From: Eledone cirrhosa
Lineage: Eukaryota
Assembly: GCA_964016885.1 (NCBI GenBank)
Contig: OZ024741.1
Coordinates: forward strand, 21,018,001-21,082,000
Length of the DNA stretch: 64,000 nucleotides
Direction: 5' to 3'
Below the pieces are notes generated by a model. The model was given only the letters and a program-made list of their open reading frames with translations, did no database searches and was not told the DNA's origin. Numbering within the stretch: the first letter of the stretch is position 1; each line of letters opens with the position of its first letter. Below, piece by piece: positions 50,933 through 64,000 of this stretch. The translations under genes and the position numbers were made by a program.

Positions 50933-52232
50933 CTATTGTCTCTTTTTTCTCGTTTTATGGGAGGCTAAAGAAGTGGACGTAGCTTTATGGAGGCAACTAG
51001 AGAATAATTCACTTTTTTTGTTAATTAAGGTCTCATAGTTATTAATAATCAACAGGGTCTCCATTGTACAGAGCGGGCAGTTATTTGATATACTAGAGTT
51101 GCGGTAAATTCCACAGTTCCGAAGTTTTGTCCAAAGAATGGAGTATTTTAAATTCTTCTCTTTTAATGACCATATGAGCTGTGATAAAGACGTGGATGAT
51201 TTCTTCTTAGAGTTCGAGAATGAGTATTTATGGTTCGCAAAACGGGCTTTGAATGTGGAAGAGGTCGAACCTATGTAGTTGTATGTTTTGTGATCAGTTT
51301 TTACGGTGCATTTATAAACCAAATTACTATCTAAACAATTATTTTTCAAAGGGCAATAGAGTTTCTCTTATATATGTTATTATTATTATTATTATTATTA
51401 GGAATAATACTTGGATTATTATTATCTACATATTCTATATTATTCATATATCCTGCTCTTTTTAACGCGTTTTTATTTCAGCGTTTTTATCAAATATATC
51501 TTTATTAGCTGATATTTTATTAATACGTTTTTGCACACTATTTACTATAGCTTTTTTTACAGATCTAGGGTGATTTGAATAGTTACTAACATAATTTAAG
51601 TTTTCATTAGGCTTATGAAAAGGGTAATAGAAGCCAGTGTTTAAGTTAAAGGTAACGTCAAGGAAATTAACTATTTTGGTACCATTTTCTACTTCTAATT
51701 TAAGGTCGTACGTTTTAAAGAATTCTATTATACTTTTCTTAACTCTATTTAGTTCTATATTGTTGTGTTTGACCACCGTAAATAAAATGTCGTCCCTATA
51801 TAAACCACCGGTAATCTCCGGCAGTTTTCTATTTATCATGTTTAATATGAAAATTCCCAGAAGATCTGTGATTTGCGCGGAATCAGATGCTCCCATAGTG
51901 ATATCAAAGTTTCTATCTCTATCTGAGCGTGTCCAAAATTCATTGTTGAAGTTAATAAGAGTTCTTCTGGCTGTTAAAATTATATCAATTTCATCCGTGG
52001 TTAGATCAGTATGCTTATAAGCATATGAAAGAACCTTATTTAGAAGGTTAGGTGTTATGGAAGAATAGTAGCTAGTAATATCCATCTGGATGAATTTATG
52101 GTTTTTCTTATCATCTATATTCCTGTACCATTCTATGAATTCATTTGTATCTTTCCATAAGCTCAAACTAGATCTCAATTTAAGAGTGGGTAATATTCTA
52201 TCTATGATGTTTTTACTGATTGCTCCTATACC
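50933..52232 (-). pseudogene. Second Penelope-like element RT + GIY-YIG (5'-truncated, linker disrupted)
   Basis: MDITSYYSSI, FDITMGASDSAQ, GGLYRDD, NFLDVTFNL, SNHP (51462-52178). CPLKNNCL..LVYKC..YIGST..FKARFANH..CPLC (50933-51360). Confidence 0.9.
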
Positions 52233-52239
52233 TCGAATG

Positions 52240-52610
52240 GCTTATAATTTTGGCACAAGGCCAATAAGTTTGGTGGGGAGAGGCAAGCCGATTAAATCGA
52301 CCCAATTCGTGTCTGATACTTTATTTTATTGATCCCCAGAACGTTACTGGTACCTTATTTTATTGACCCCAGAACGATGAAAGGCAAAGTTGACTTCGAT
52401 GAGATTTGAACTAACTCATAGTTATAATATTTATCAATTCGTATTCCTAATAATAATTGTTTCTACTTTTGGCACAAGGCCAACAATTTTGGTGGAGGGG
52501 AAAGTCGATTAAATCGACCCCAGTACGTTACTGGTACTTTAATTTTTCGACTTCTGAAGAATGAAAGGCAAAGCTAACCTCGGTGGGATTTGAACTCAGA
52601 ACTTCAAGGG
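52240..52610 (-). mobile_element. Two tandem SINE copies (family of 13884-14062)
   Basis: ttttggcacaaggcc...ctggtac...gatgaaaggcaaag...gatttgaact occurs twice. A 3' fragment also lies at ~53395-53428. Confidence 0.78.
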
Positions 52611-53544
52611 CTGGAATATATTCTGCTAAGTATTAATTCAAAAGCTCTAATCACTGTCAACACTGTCAAGTCCTAACGTTAATAATAATGATTTCTTTTT
52701 TAGCCACAAAGGATGGCTTTAAAAAAACATTAAAACGGTAGAGGACGTTACTGTGGTGTGAAGCGACTGAGAGTACAAGACTTTGTACTGGAGAGGACAC
52801 TAGTCCATCGAGGGTTTAAAGTCTGTCTGAAGCCTGGAGGTTCATCTGGCCGGTACTTATCCCAGTTTCTGTGTGACACAGTGTGACAAGGCTGGCCCAT
52901 TGAATTACAGGTACAGTCTATCAAACGGGCTTCCAAATAAATTCTGCCAACTCAATTTCACTCAAAAGACTTGGGTTGACCCATAACAATGGTAAATGAC
53001 ATTTGTCCAAAATACCACGTAATAGGATCGAACCTGGAACTGACTTCTTAACCATTCGGCCATATATTTCATATATGAGTGTGCGTGTACGTACAATGTA
53101 TGCATGTATATGTGTGAGCATGTGTGTGCGCACGGTTATGTGTGTGTAAAGCAAGAGAGAAAGAGAGAGAGAGGCAGGAGTGGTAGAGATTTTAGAGAGT
53201 GGAAAAGTAGAAATAATATGTGAGTGTGTGCTGTGCCTCAGTTTTGGTGATGTGTCTGACGAGTGTTATCTAGCTGTTATCTATGTTTTGGTTATGTGAA
53301 TGTACGTGTGTTATCTAGCTGTGAATACACACTACGGCTAGCACACTAGAAATCTTATTCACGGCTGAATTTCAATTTTGCTCTTCAATATATAATTGTT
53401 TCTACTTTTTGGCACAAGGCCAGCAATTCAATATATACTAATCACTATTGAGAGAGGTCACTCAAAAGAAAGACAACAGTTAATTTAGTGTTAAAATATT
53501 TAAAACTGTGAACAACCTGCAAATTAAACCACACTCGCTGCCAA

Positions 53545-56500
53545 TGTACCGTGGAGTGTTTGGTGGTAGAAGTGTACCGTTGTGTGTGTATGATAGAACT
53601 GTACCGTGGTGGTAGAACTGTACCGTGGAGTGTGTAGTGGTAGAACTGTACCGTGGAGTGTGTGTTGGTAGAACTGTACCGTGGAGTGTGTAGTGGTAGA
53701 AGTGTACTGTGGAGTGGGTGGTGGTAGAACTACCGTGGAGTGTGTGGTGGTAGAACTGTACTGTGGAGTGTGTGGTGGTAGAACTGTACTGTGGAGTGTG
53801 TGGTGGTAGAACTGTACCGTGATGTGTGATGGTAGAACTGTACCGTGGTGTGTGGTGGTAGAATTGTACAGTGGTGTGTGGTGGTAGAATTGTACAGTGG
53901 TGTGTGGTGGTAGAACTGTACCGTGGTGTGCGTGGTGGTAGAATTGTACCGTGAAGTGTGGTGGTAGAACTGTACCGTGATGTGTGGTGGTAGAACTGTA
54001 CCGTGGTGTGTGTGGTGGTAGAACTGTACCGTGGTGTGTGGTGGTAGAACTGTACTGTGGTGTGAGTGGTGGTTATACTGTACCGTGGTGTGTGTGGTGG
54101 TAGAACTATACCGTGGTGTATGGTGGTAGAACTGTACTGTGATAGAACTGTACCGTGATGTGTGGTGGTAGAACTGTACCGTGGTGTGTTGTGGTAGAAC
54201 TGTACCGTGGGGTGTGGTGGTAGAACTGTACCGTGGTGTGTGGTGGTAGAACTGTACCGTGGTGTGTGGTGGTAGAACTGTACCGTGATGTATGGTGGTA
54301 GAACTGTACTGTGGTGTGTGGTGGTAGAACTGTACCGTGATGTGTGGTGGTAGAACTGTACCGTGGTGTGAGGTGGTAGAACTGTACCGTGGTGTGTGGT
54401 GGTAGAACTGTACCGTGATGTGTGGTGGTAGAACTGTACCGTGGTGTGAGGTGGTAGAACTGTACCGTGGTTTGTGGTGGTAGAATTGTACCGTTGTGTG
54501 TGGTGGTAGAATTGTACTGTGATGTGTGGTGGTAGAACTGTACCGTGGTTGTGGTTGTAGAACTGTACCGTGATAGAACTGTACCGTGGTGTGTGGTGGT
54601 AGAACTGCACCGTGGTGTGTGGTGGTAGAACTGTACTGTGGTGTGTGGTGGTAGAACTGTACTGTGGTGTGTGGTGGTAGAACTGTATCGTGGTGTGTGG
54701 TGGTAGAACTGTACCGTGGAGTGTGGTGGTAGAACTGTACTGTGGTGTGTGGTGGTAGAACTGTACTGTGGTGTGTGGTGGTAGAACTGTACTGTGGTGT
54801 GTGGTGGTAGAACTGTATCGTGGTGTGTGGTGGTAGAACTGTACCGTGGTGTGTGGTGGTAGAACTGTACTGTGGTGTGTGGTGGTAGAACTGTACTGTG
54901 GTGTGTGGTGGTAGAACTGTACCGTGGTGTGTGGTGGTAGAACTGTACCGTGGAGTGTGGTGGTAGAACTGTACCGTGGGGGTGTGGTGGTAGAACTGTA
55001 CCGTGCTGTGTGGTAGTAGAACTGTACCGTGGGGTGTGGTGGTAGAACTGTACCGTGGTGTGTGGTGGTAGAACTGTATCGTGGTGTGTGGTGGTAGAAC
55101 TGTATCGTGGTGTGTGGTGGTAAAACTGTACCGTGGTGGTAGAACTGTATCGTGGTGTGTGGTGGTAGAACTGTACTGTGGTGTGTGGTGGTAGAACTGT
55201 ACCGTGGTGTGTGGTGGTAGAACTGTATCGTGGTGTGTGGTGGTAGAACTGTACCGTGGTGGTAGAACTGTATCGTGGTGTGTGGTGGTAGAACTGTACT
55301 GTGGTGTGTGGTGGTAGAACTGTACCGTGGTGTGTGGTGGTAGAACTGCACCGTGGTGTGTGGTGGTAGAACTGTACTGTGGTGTGTGGTGGTAGAACTG
55401 TACTGTGGTGTGTGGTGGTAGAACTGTACCGTGGTGTGTGGTGGTAGAACTGTACTGTGGTGTGTGGTGGTAGAACTGTACTGTGGTGTGTGGTGGTAGA
55501 ACTGTATCGTGGTGTGTGGTGGTAGAACTGTACTGTGGTGTGTGGTGGTAGAACTGTATCGTGGTGTGTGGTGGTAGAACTGTACTGTGGTGTGTGGTGG
55601 TAGAACTGTACTGTGGTGTGTGGTGGTAGAACTGTACCGTGGTGTGTGGTGGTAGAACTGTACTGTGGTGTGTGGTGGTAGAACTGTACCGTGGTGTGTG
55701 GTGGTAGAACTGTACCGTGGTTGTGGTTGTAGAACTGTACTGTGGTGTGTGGTGGTAGAACTGTATCGTGGTGTGTGGTGGTAGAACTGTACTGTGGTGT
55801 GTGGTGGTAGAACTGTATCGTGGTGTGTGGTGGTAGAACTGTACTGTGGTGTGTGGTGGTAGAACTGTACTGTGGTGTGTGGTGGTAGAACTGTATCGTG
55901 GTGTGTGGTGGTAGAACTGTACTGTGGTGTGTGGTGGTAGAACTGTACCGTGGTGTGTGGTGGTAGAACTGTACCGTGGTGTGTGGTGGTAGAACTGTAC
56001 TGTGGTGTGTGGTGGTAGAACTGTATCGTGGTGTGTGGTGGTAGAACTGTACTGTGGTGTGTGGTGGTAGAACTGTACCGTGGTGTGTGGTGGTAGAACT
56101 GTACCGTGGTGTGTGGTGGTAGAAATGTACCGTGGTGTGTGGTGGTAGAACTGTACTGTGGTGTGTGGTGGTAGAACTGTACCGTGGTGTGTGGTGGTAG
56201 AACTGTACTGTGGTGTGTGGTGGTAGAACTGCACCGTGGTGTGTGGTGGTAGAACTGCACCGTGGTGTGTGGTGGTAGAACTGTACTGTGGTGTGTGGTG
56301 GTAGAACTGTACCGTGGTGTGTGGTGGTAGAACTGTACTGTGGTGTGTGGTGGTAGAACTGCACCGTGGTGTGTGGTGGTAGAACTGTACTGTGGTGTGT
56401 GGTGGTAGAACTGTACCGTGGTGTGTGTGGTGGTAGAACTGTACCGTGGTGTGTGGTGGTAGAACTGTACCGTGGTGTGTGGTGGTAGAACTGTATCGTG

Positions 56501-59500
56501 GTGTGTGGTGGTAGAACTGTACTGTGGTGGTAGAACTGTACTGTGGTGGTAGAACTGTACCGTGGTGTGTGGTGGTAGAACTGTACTGTGGTGTGTGGTG
56601 GTAGAACTGTACCGTGGTGTGTGGTGGTAGAACTGTATCGTGGTGTGTGGTGGTAGAACTGTACCGTGGTGTGTGGTGGTAGAACTGTACTGTGGTGTGT
56701 GGTGGTAGAACTGTACCGTGGTGTGTGGTGGTAGAACTGTACTGTGGTGTGTGGTGGTAGAACTGTACTGTGGTGTGTGGTGGTAGAACTGTACCGTGGT
56801 GTGTGTGGTGGTAGAACTGTACCGTGGTGTGTGGTGGTAGAACTGTACTGTGGTGTGTGGTGGTAGAACTGTACTGTGGTGTGTGGTGGTAGAACTGTAC
56901 CGTGATGTGTGGTGGTAGAACTGTACTGTGGTGTGTGGTGGTAGAACTGTACCGTGGTGTGTGGTGGTAGAACTGTACTGTGGTGTGTGGTGGTAGAACT
57001 GTACTGTGGTGTGTGGTGGTAGAACTGTACCGTGGTGTGTGTGGTGGTAGAACTGTACCGTGGTGTGTGGTGGTAGAACTGTACCGTGGTGTGTGGTGGT
57101 AGAACTGTATCGTGGTGTGTGGTGGTAGAACTGTACTGTGGTGTGTGGTGGTAGAACTGTACTGTGGTGTGTGGTGGTAGAACTGTACCGTGGTGTGTGG
57201 TGGTAGAACTGTACTGTGGTGTGTGGTGGTAGAACTGTACCGTGGTGTGTGGTGGTAGAACTGTACTGTGGTGTGTGGTGGTAGAACTGTACCGTGGTGT
57301 GTGTGGTGGTAGAACTGTACCGTGGTGTGTGGTGGTAGAACTGTACCGTGGTGTGTGGTGGTAGAACTGTATCGTGGTGTGTGGTGGTAGAACTGTACTG
57401 TGGTGTGTGGTGGTAGAACTGTACCGTGGTGTGTGGTGGTAGAACTGTACCGTGGTGTGTGGTGGTAGAACTGTACTGTGGTGTGTGGTGGTAGAACTGT
57501 ACCGTGGTGTGTGGTGGTAGAATTGTACCGTTGTGTGTGGTGGTAGAATTGTACCGTGGTTGTGGTTGTAGAACTGTACCGTGGTGTGTGGTGGTAGAAC
57601 TGTACCGTGGTGTGTGGTGGTAGAACTGTACCGTGGTGTGTGGTGGTAGAACTGTACTGTAGTGTGTGGTGGTAGAACTGTAGCATGGTGTGTGGTGGTA
57701 GAACTGTACTGTGGTGTGAGTGGTGGTAGAACTGTACCGTGGTGTATGGTGGTAGAACTGTACTGTGGTGTGTGGTGGTAGAACTGTACCGTGGTTGTGG
57801 TGGTAGAACTGTACCGTGGTGTATGGTGGTAGAACTGTACCGTGGTGTGTGGTGGTAGAACTGTACCGTGGTGTGTGGTGGTAGAATTGTACCGTTGTGT
57901 GTGGTGGTAGAATTGTACCGTGGTTGTGGTTGTAGAACTGTACCGTGGTGTGTGGTGGTAGAACTGTACCGTGGTGTGTGGTGGTAGAACTGTACTGTGG
58001 TGTGTGGTGGTAGAACTGTACCGTGATGTGTGGTGGTAGAACTGTACTGTGGTGTGTGGTGGTAGAACTGTATCGTGGTGTGTGGTGGTAGAACTGTACT
58101 GTGGTGTGTGGTGGTAGAACTGTACCGTGGTGTGTGGTGGTAGAACTGTACCGTGATGTGTGGTGGTAGAACTGTACTGTGGTGTGTGGTGGTAGAACTG
58201 TACCGTGATGTGTGGTGGTAGAACTGTACTGTGGTGTGTGGTGGTAGAACTGTACCGTGGTGTGTGGTGGTAGAACTGTACTGTGGTGTGTGGTGGTAGA
58301 ACTGTACTGTGGTGTGTGGTGGTAGAACTGTACTGTGGTGTGTGTGGTGGTAGAACTGTACGGTGGTGTGTGGTGGTAGAACTGTACAGTGGTGTGTGGT
58401 GGTAGAACTGTACTGTGGTGTGTGGTGGTAGTACTGTACCGTGGTGTGTGGTGGTAGAACTGCACCGTGGTGTGTGGTGGTAGAACTGCACCGTGGTGTG
58501 TGGTGGTAGAACTGTACTGTGGTGTGTGGTGGTAGAACTGTACTGTGGTGTGTGGTGGTAGAACTGTACCGTGGTGTGTGGTGGTAGAACTGTACTGTGG
58601 TGTGTGGTGGTAGAACTGTACCGTGGTGTGTGTGGTGGTAGAACTGTACTGTGGTGTGTGGTGGTAGAACTGTACTGTGGTGTGTGGTGGTAGAACTGTA
58701 CCGTGGTGTGTGGTGGTAGAACTGTACCGTGGTGTGTGGTGGTAGAACTGTACCGTGGTGTGTGGTGGTAGAACTGTACCGTGGTGTGTGGTGGTAGAAC
58801 TGTACTGTGGTGTGTGGTGGTAGAACTGTACCGTGGTGTGTGGTGGTAGAACTGTACCGTGGTGTGTGTGGTGGTAGAACTGTACTGTGGTGTGTGGTGG
58901 TAGAACTGTACTGTGGTGTGTGGTGGTAGAACTGTACCGTGGTGTGTGGTGGTAGAACTGTACCGTGGTGTGTGGTGGTAGAACTGTACCGTGGTGTGTG
59001 GTGGTAGAACTGTACTGTGGTGTGTGGTGGTAGAACTGTACCGTGGTGTGTGGTGGTAGAACTGTACTGTGGTGTGTGGTGGTAGAACTGTACCGTGGTG
59101 TGTGGTGGTAGAACTGTACCGTGGTGTGTGGTGGTAGAACTGTACTGTGGTGTGTGGTGGTAGAACTGTACCGTGGTGTGTGGTGGTAGAACTGTACTGT
59201 GGTGTGTGGTGGTAGAACTGTACTGTGGTGTGTGGTGGTAGAACTGTACTTTGGTGTTTGGTGGAAGAACTGTACTGTGTGTGTGGTGGTAGAACTGTAC
59301 TGTGGTGTGTGGTGGTAGAACTGTACCGTGGGGGTGTGGTGGTAGAACTGTACCGTGCTGTGTGGTAGTAGAACTGTACCGTGGGGTGTGGTGGTAGAAC
59401 TGTACCGTGGGGGTGTGGTGGTAGAACTGTACCGTGGGGGTGTGGTGGTAGAACTGTACCGTGGGGTGTGGTGGTAGAACTGTACCGTGGGGGTGTGGTG

Positions 59501-62500
59501 GTAGAACTGTACCGTGGGGTGTGGTGGTAGAACTGTACCGTGCTGTGTGGTAGTAGAACTGTACCGTGGGGTGTGGTGGTAGAACTGTACCGTGGTGTGT
59601 GGTAGTAGAACTGTACCGTGGGGGTGTGGTGGTAGAACTGTACCGTGCTGTGTGGTAGTAGAACTGTACCGTGGGGGTGTGGTGGTAGAACTGTACTGTG
59701 GTGTGTGGTGGTAGAACTGTACCGTGGTGTGTGGTGGTAGAACTGTACTGTGGTGTGTGGTGGTAGAACTGTACTGTGGTGTGTGGTGGTAGAACTGTAC
59801 CGTGGTGTGTGTGGTGGTAGAACTGTACCGTGGTGTGTGGTGGTAGAACTGTACCGTGGTGTGTGGTGGTAGAACTGTATCGTGGTGTGTGGTGGTAGAA
59901 CTGTACTGTGGTGTGTGGTGGTAGAACTGTACTGTGGTGTGTGGTGGTAGAACTGTACCGTGGTGTGTGGTGGTAGAACTGTACTGTGGTGTGTGGTGGT
60001 AGAACTGTACCGTGGTGTGTGGTGGTAGAACTGTACTGTGGTGTGTGGTGGTAGAACTGTACCGTGGTGTGTGTGGTGGTAGAACTGTACCGTGGTGTGT
60101 GGTGGTAGAACTGTACCGTGGTGTGTGGTGGTAGAACTGTATCGTGGTGTGTGGTGGTAGAACTGTACTGTGGTGTGTGGTGGTAGAACTGTACCGTGGT
60201 GTGTGGTGGTAGAACTGTACCGTGGTGTGTGGTGGTAGAACTGTACTGTGGTGTGTGGTGGTAGAACTGTACCGTGGTGTGTGGTGGTAGAATTGTACCG
60301 TTGTGTGTGGTGGTAGAATTGTACCGTGGTTGTGGTTGTAGAACTGTACCGTGGTGTGTGGTGGTAGAACTGTACCGTGGTGTGTGGTGGTAGAACTGTA
60401 CCGTGGTGTGTGGTGGTAGAACTGTACTGTAGTGTGTGGTGGTAGAACTGTAGCATGGTGTGTGGTGGTAGAACTGTACTGTGGTGTGAGTGGTGGTAGA
60501 ACTGTACCGTGGTGTATGGTGGTAGAACTGTACTGTGGTGTGTGGTGGTAGAACTGTACCGTGGTTGTGGTGGTAGAACTGTACCGTGGTGTATGGTGGT
60601 AGAACTGTACCGTGGTGTGTGGTGGTAGAACTGTACCGTGGTGTGTGGTGGTAGAATTGTACCGTTGTGTGTGGTGGTAGAATTGTACCGTGGTTGTGGT
60701 TGTAGAACTGTACCGTGGTGTGTGGTGGTAGAACTGTACCGTGGTGTGTGGTGGTAGAACTGTACTGTGGTGTGTGGTGGTAGAACTGTACCGTGATGTG
60801 TGGTGGTAGAACTGTACTGTGGTGTGTGGTGGTAGAACTGTACCGTGGTTGTGGTGGTAGAACTGTACCGTGGTGTATGGTGGTAGAACTGTACCGTGGT
60901 GTGTGGTGGTAGAACTGTACCGTGGTGTGTGGTGGTAGAATTGTACCGTTGTGTGTGGTGGTAGAATTGTACCGTGGTTGTGGTTGTAGAACTGTACCGT
61001 GGTGTGTGGTGGTAGAACTGTACCGTGGTGTGTGGTGGTAGAACTGTACTGTGGTGTGTGGTGGTAGAACTGTACCGTGATGTGTGGTGGTAGAACTGTA
61101 CTGTGGTGTGTGGTGGTAGAACTGTATCGTGGTGTGTGGTGGTAGAACTGTACTGTGGTGTGTGGTGGTAGAACTGTACCGTGGTGTGTGGTGGTAGAAC
61201 TGTACCGTGATGTGTGGTGGTAGAACTGCACTGTGGTGTGTGGTGGTAGAACTGTACCGTGATGTGTGGTGGTAGAACTGTACTGTGGTGTGTGGTGGTA
61301 GAACTGTACCGTGGTGTGTGGTGGTAGAACTGTACTGTGGTGTGTGGTGGTAGAACTGTACTGTGGTGTGTGGTGGTAGAACTGTACTGTGGTGTGTGTG
61401 GTGGTAGAACTGTACCGTGGTGTGTGGTGGTAGAACTGTACAGTGGTGTGTGGTGGTAGAACTGTACTGTGGTGTGTGGTGGTAGTACTGTACCGTGGTG
61501 TGTGGTGGTAGAACTGCACCGTGGTGTGTGGTGGTAGAACTGTACCGTGGTGTGTGGTGGTAGAACTGTACTGTGGTGTGTGGTGGTAGAACTGTACTGT
61601 GGTGTGTGGTGGTAGAACTGTACCGTGGTGTGTGGTGGTAGAACTGTACTGTGGTGTGTGGTGGTAGAACTGTACCGTGGTGTGTGTGGTGGTAGAACTG
61701 TACTGTGGTGTGTGGTGGTAGAACTGTACTGTGGTGTGTGGTGGTAGAACTGTACCGTGGTGTGTGGTGGTAGAACTGTACCGTGGTGTGTGGTGGTAGA
61801 ACTGTACCGTGGTGTGTGGTGGTAGAACTGTACCGTGGTGTGTGGTGGTAGAACTGTACTGTGGTGTGTGGTGGTAGAACTGTACCGTGGTGTGTGGTGG
61901 TAGAACTGTACCGTGGTGTGTGTGGTGGTAGAACTGTACTGTGGTGTGTGGTGGTAGAACTGTACTGTGGTGTGTGGTGGTAGAACTGTACCGTGGTGTG
62001 TGGTGGTAGAACTGTACCGTGGTGTGTGGTGGTAGAACTGTACCGTGGTGTGTGGTGGTAGAACTGTACTGTGGTGTGTGGTGGTAGAACTGTACCGTGG
62101 TGTGTGGTGGTAGAACTGTACTGTGGTGTGTGGTGGTAGAACTGTACCGTGGTGTGTGGTGGTAGAACTGTACCGTGGTGTGTGGTGGTAGAACTGTACT
62201 GTGGTGTGTGGTGGTAGAACTGTACCGTGGTGTGTGGTGGTAGAACTGTACTGTGGTGTGTGGTGGTAGAACTGTACTGTGGTGTGTGGTGGTAGAACTG
62301 TACTTTGGTGTTTGGTGGAAGAACTGTACTGTGTGTGTGGTGGTAGAACTGTACTGTGGTGTGTGGTGGTAGAACTGTACCGTGAGGTGTGGTGGTAGAA
62401 CTGTACCGTGCTGTGTGGTAGTAGAACTGTACCGTGGGGTGTGGTGGTAGAACTGTACCGTGGGGGTGTGGTGGTAGAACTGTACCGTGGGGGTGTGGTG

Positions 62501-64000
62501 GTAGAACTGTACCGTGGGGTGTGGTGGTAGAACTGTACCGTGGGGGTGTGGTGGTAGAACTGTACCGTGGGGTGTGGTGGTAGAACTGTACCGTGCTGTG
62601 TGGTAGTAGAACTGTACCGTGGGGTGTGGTGGTAGAACTGTACCGTGGTGTGTGGTAGTAGAACTGTACCGTGGGGGTGTGGTGGTAGAACTGTACCGTG
62701 CTGTGTGGTAGTAGAACTGTACCGTGGGGGTGTGGTGGTACAACTGTACACTGGTGTGTGGTGGTAGAACTGTATCGTGGTGTGTGGTGGTAGAACTGTA
62801 CTGTGGTGTGTGGTGGTAGAACTGTACTGTGGTGTGTGGTGGTAGAACTGTACCGTGGTGTGTGGTGGTAGAACTGTACTGTGGTGTGTGGTGGTAGAAC
62901 TGTACCGTGGTGTGTGGTGGTAGAACTGTACCGTGGTTGTGGTTGTAGAACTGTACTGTGGTGTGTGGTGGTAGAACTGTATCGTGGTGTGTGGTGGTAG
63001 AACTGTACTGTGGTGTGTGGTGGTAGAACTGTATCGTGGTGTGTGGTGGTAGAACTGTACTGTGGTGTGTGGTGGTAGAACTGTACTGTGGTGTGTGGTG
63101 GTAGAACTGTATCGTGGTGTGTGGTGGTAGAACTGTACTGTGGTGTGTGGTGGTAGAACTGTACCGTGGTGTGTGGTGGTAGAACTGTACCGTGGTGTGT
63201 GGTGGTAGAACTGTACTGTGGTGTGTGGTGGTAGAACTGTATCGTGGTGTGTGGTGGTAGAACTGTACTGTGGTGTGTGGTGGTAGAACTGTACCGTGGT
63301 GTGTGGTGGTAGAACTGTACCGTGGTGTGTGGTGGTAGAACTTTACCGTGGTGTGTGGTGGTAGAACTGTACTGTGGTGTGTGGTGGTAGAACTGTACCG
63401 TGGTGTGTGGTGGTAGAACTGTACTGTGGTGTGTGGTGGTAGAACTGCACCGTGGTGTGTGGTGGTAGAACTGCACCGTGGTGTGTGGTGGTAGAACTGT
63501 ACTGTGGTGTGTGGTGGTAGAACTGTACCGTGGTGTGTGGTGGTAGAACTGTACTGTGGTGTGTGGTGGTAGAACTGCACCGTGGTGTGTGGTGGTAGAA
63601 CTGTACTGTGGTGTGTGGTGGTAGAACTGTACCGTGGTGTGTGTGGTGGTAGAACTGTACCGTGGTGTGTGGTGGTAGAACTGTACCGTGGTGTGTGGTG
63701 GTAGAACTGTATCGTGGTGTGTGGTGGTAGAACTGTACTGTGGTGTGTGGTGGTAGAACTGTACCGTGGTGTGTGGTGGTAGAACTGTACCGTGGTGTGT
63801 GGTGGTAGAACTGTACCGTGGTGTGTGGTGGTAGAACTGTATCGTGGTGTGTGGTGGTAGAACTGTACCGTGGTGTGTGGTGGTAGAACTGTACTGTGGT
63901 GTGTGGTGGTAGAACTGTACCGTGGTGTGTGGTGGTAGAACTGTACTGTGGTGTGTGGTGGTAGAACTGTACTGTGGTGTGTGGTGGTAGAACTGTACCG
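53545..64000. repeat. 26-bp GT-rich satellite (AGAACTGTAC(C/T)GTGGTGTGTGGTGGT), >10.4 kb, runs off the window
   Basis: Period of 26 read directly (agaac at 63911 and 63937). Monomers are degenerate at the left edge, and variant blocks recur at ~2.8-3.05 kb. Confidence 0.97.

Noticed and set aside
53480-63580. Three 2900-3400-aa minus-strand ORFs (mucin or His-rich-like)
   Set aside because: The 26-bp monomer has no stop codon on the minus strand, so all three frames give the same 26-aa repeat. Indel variants do not preserve frame. This is a satellite artefact.

Overview
Repeat-dense eukaryotic DNA with no recognisable host gene. It is probably cephalopod (octopus-like), inferred only from the SINE and LINE families present. 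(1) 1-13.4 kb and 35.9-37.8 kb: five copies of a Tx1/L1-clade non-LTR retrotransposon from several divergent subfamilies, all on the minus strand and all inserted in (GATA)n/(TATC)n microsatellite. Three form a head-to-tail array, which points to a GATA-microsatellite-targeting lineage. Their 5' UTRs share a structurally conserved double hairpin and their ORF1s share an unrecognised C-terminal domain. (2) 13.5-15.9 kb: a stacked and nested cluster of non-autonomous Helitrons. (3) 16.5-35.8 kb: a 34-bp satellite with a ~1.7-kb higher-order repeat, whose monomer resembles a Helitron 3' terminus. (4) 38-46.6 kb: SINEs, minisatellites, a MITE and a decayed CR1/L2-group LINE inside (TA)n. (5) 46.7-52.2 kb: two convergent Penelope-like elements (RT + GIY-YIG) meeting tail-to-tail at hammerhead ribozyme motifs, plus a hammerhead-shaped three-way junction that lacks the CUGANGA core. 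(6) 53.5-64 kb: a 26-bp GT-rich satellite whose ~3000-aa ORFs are artefacts.
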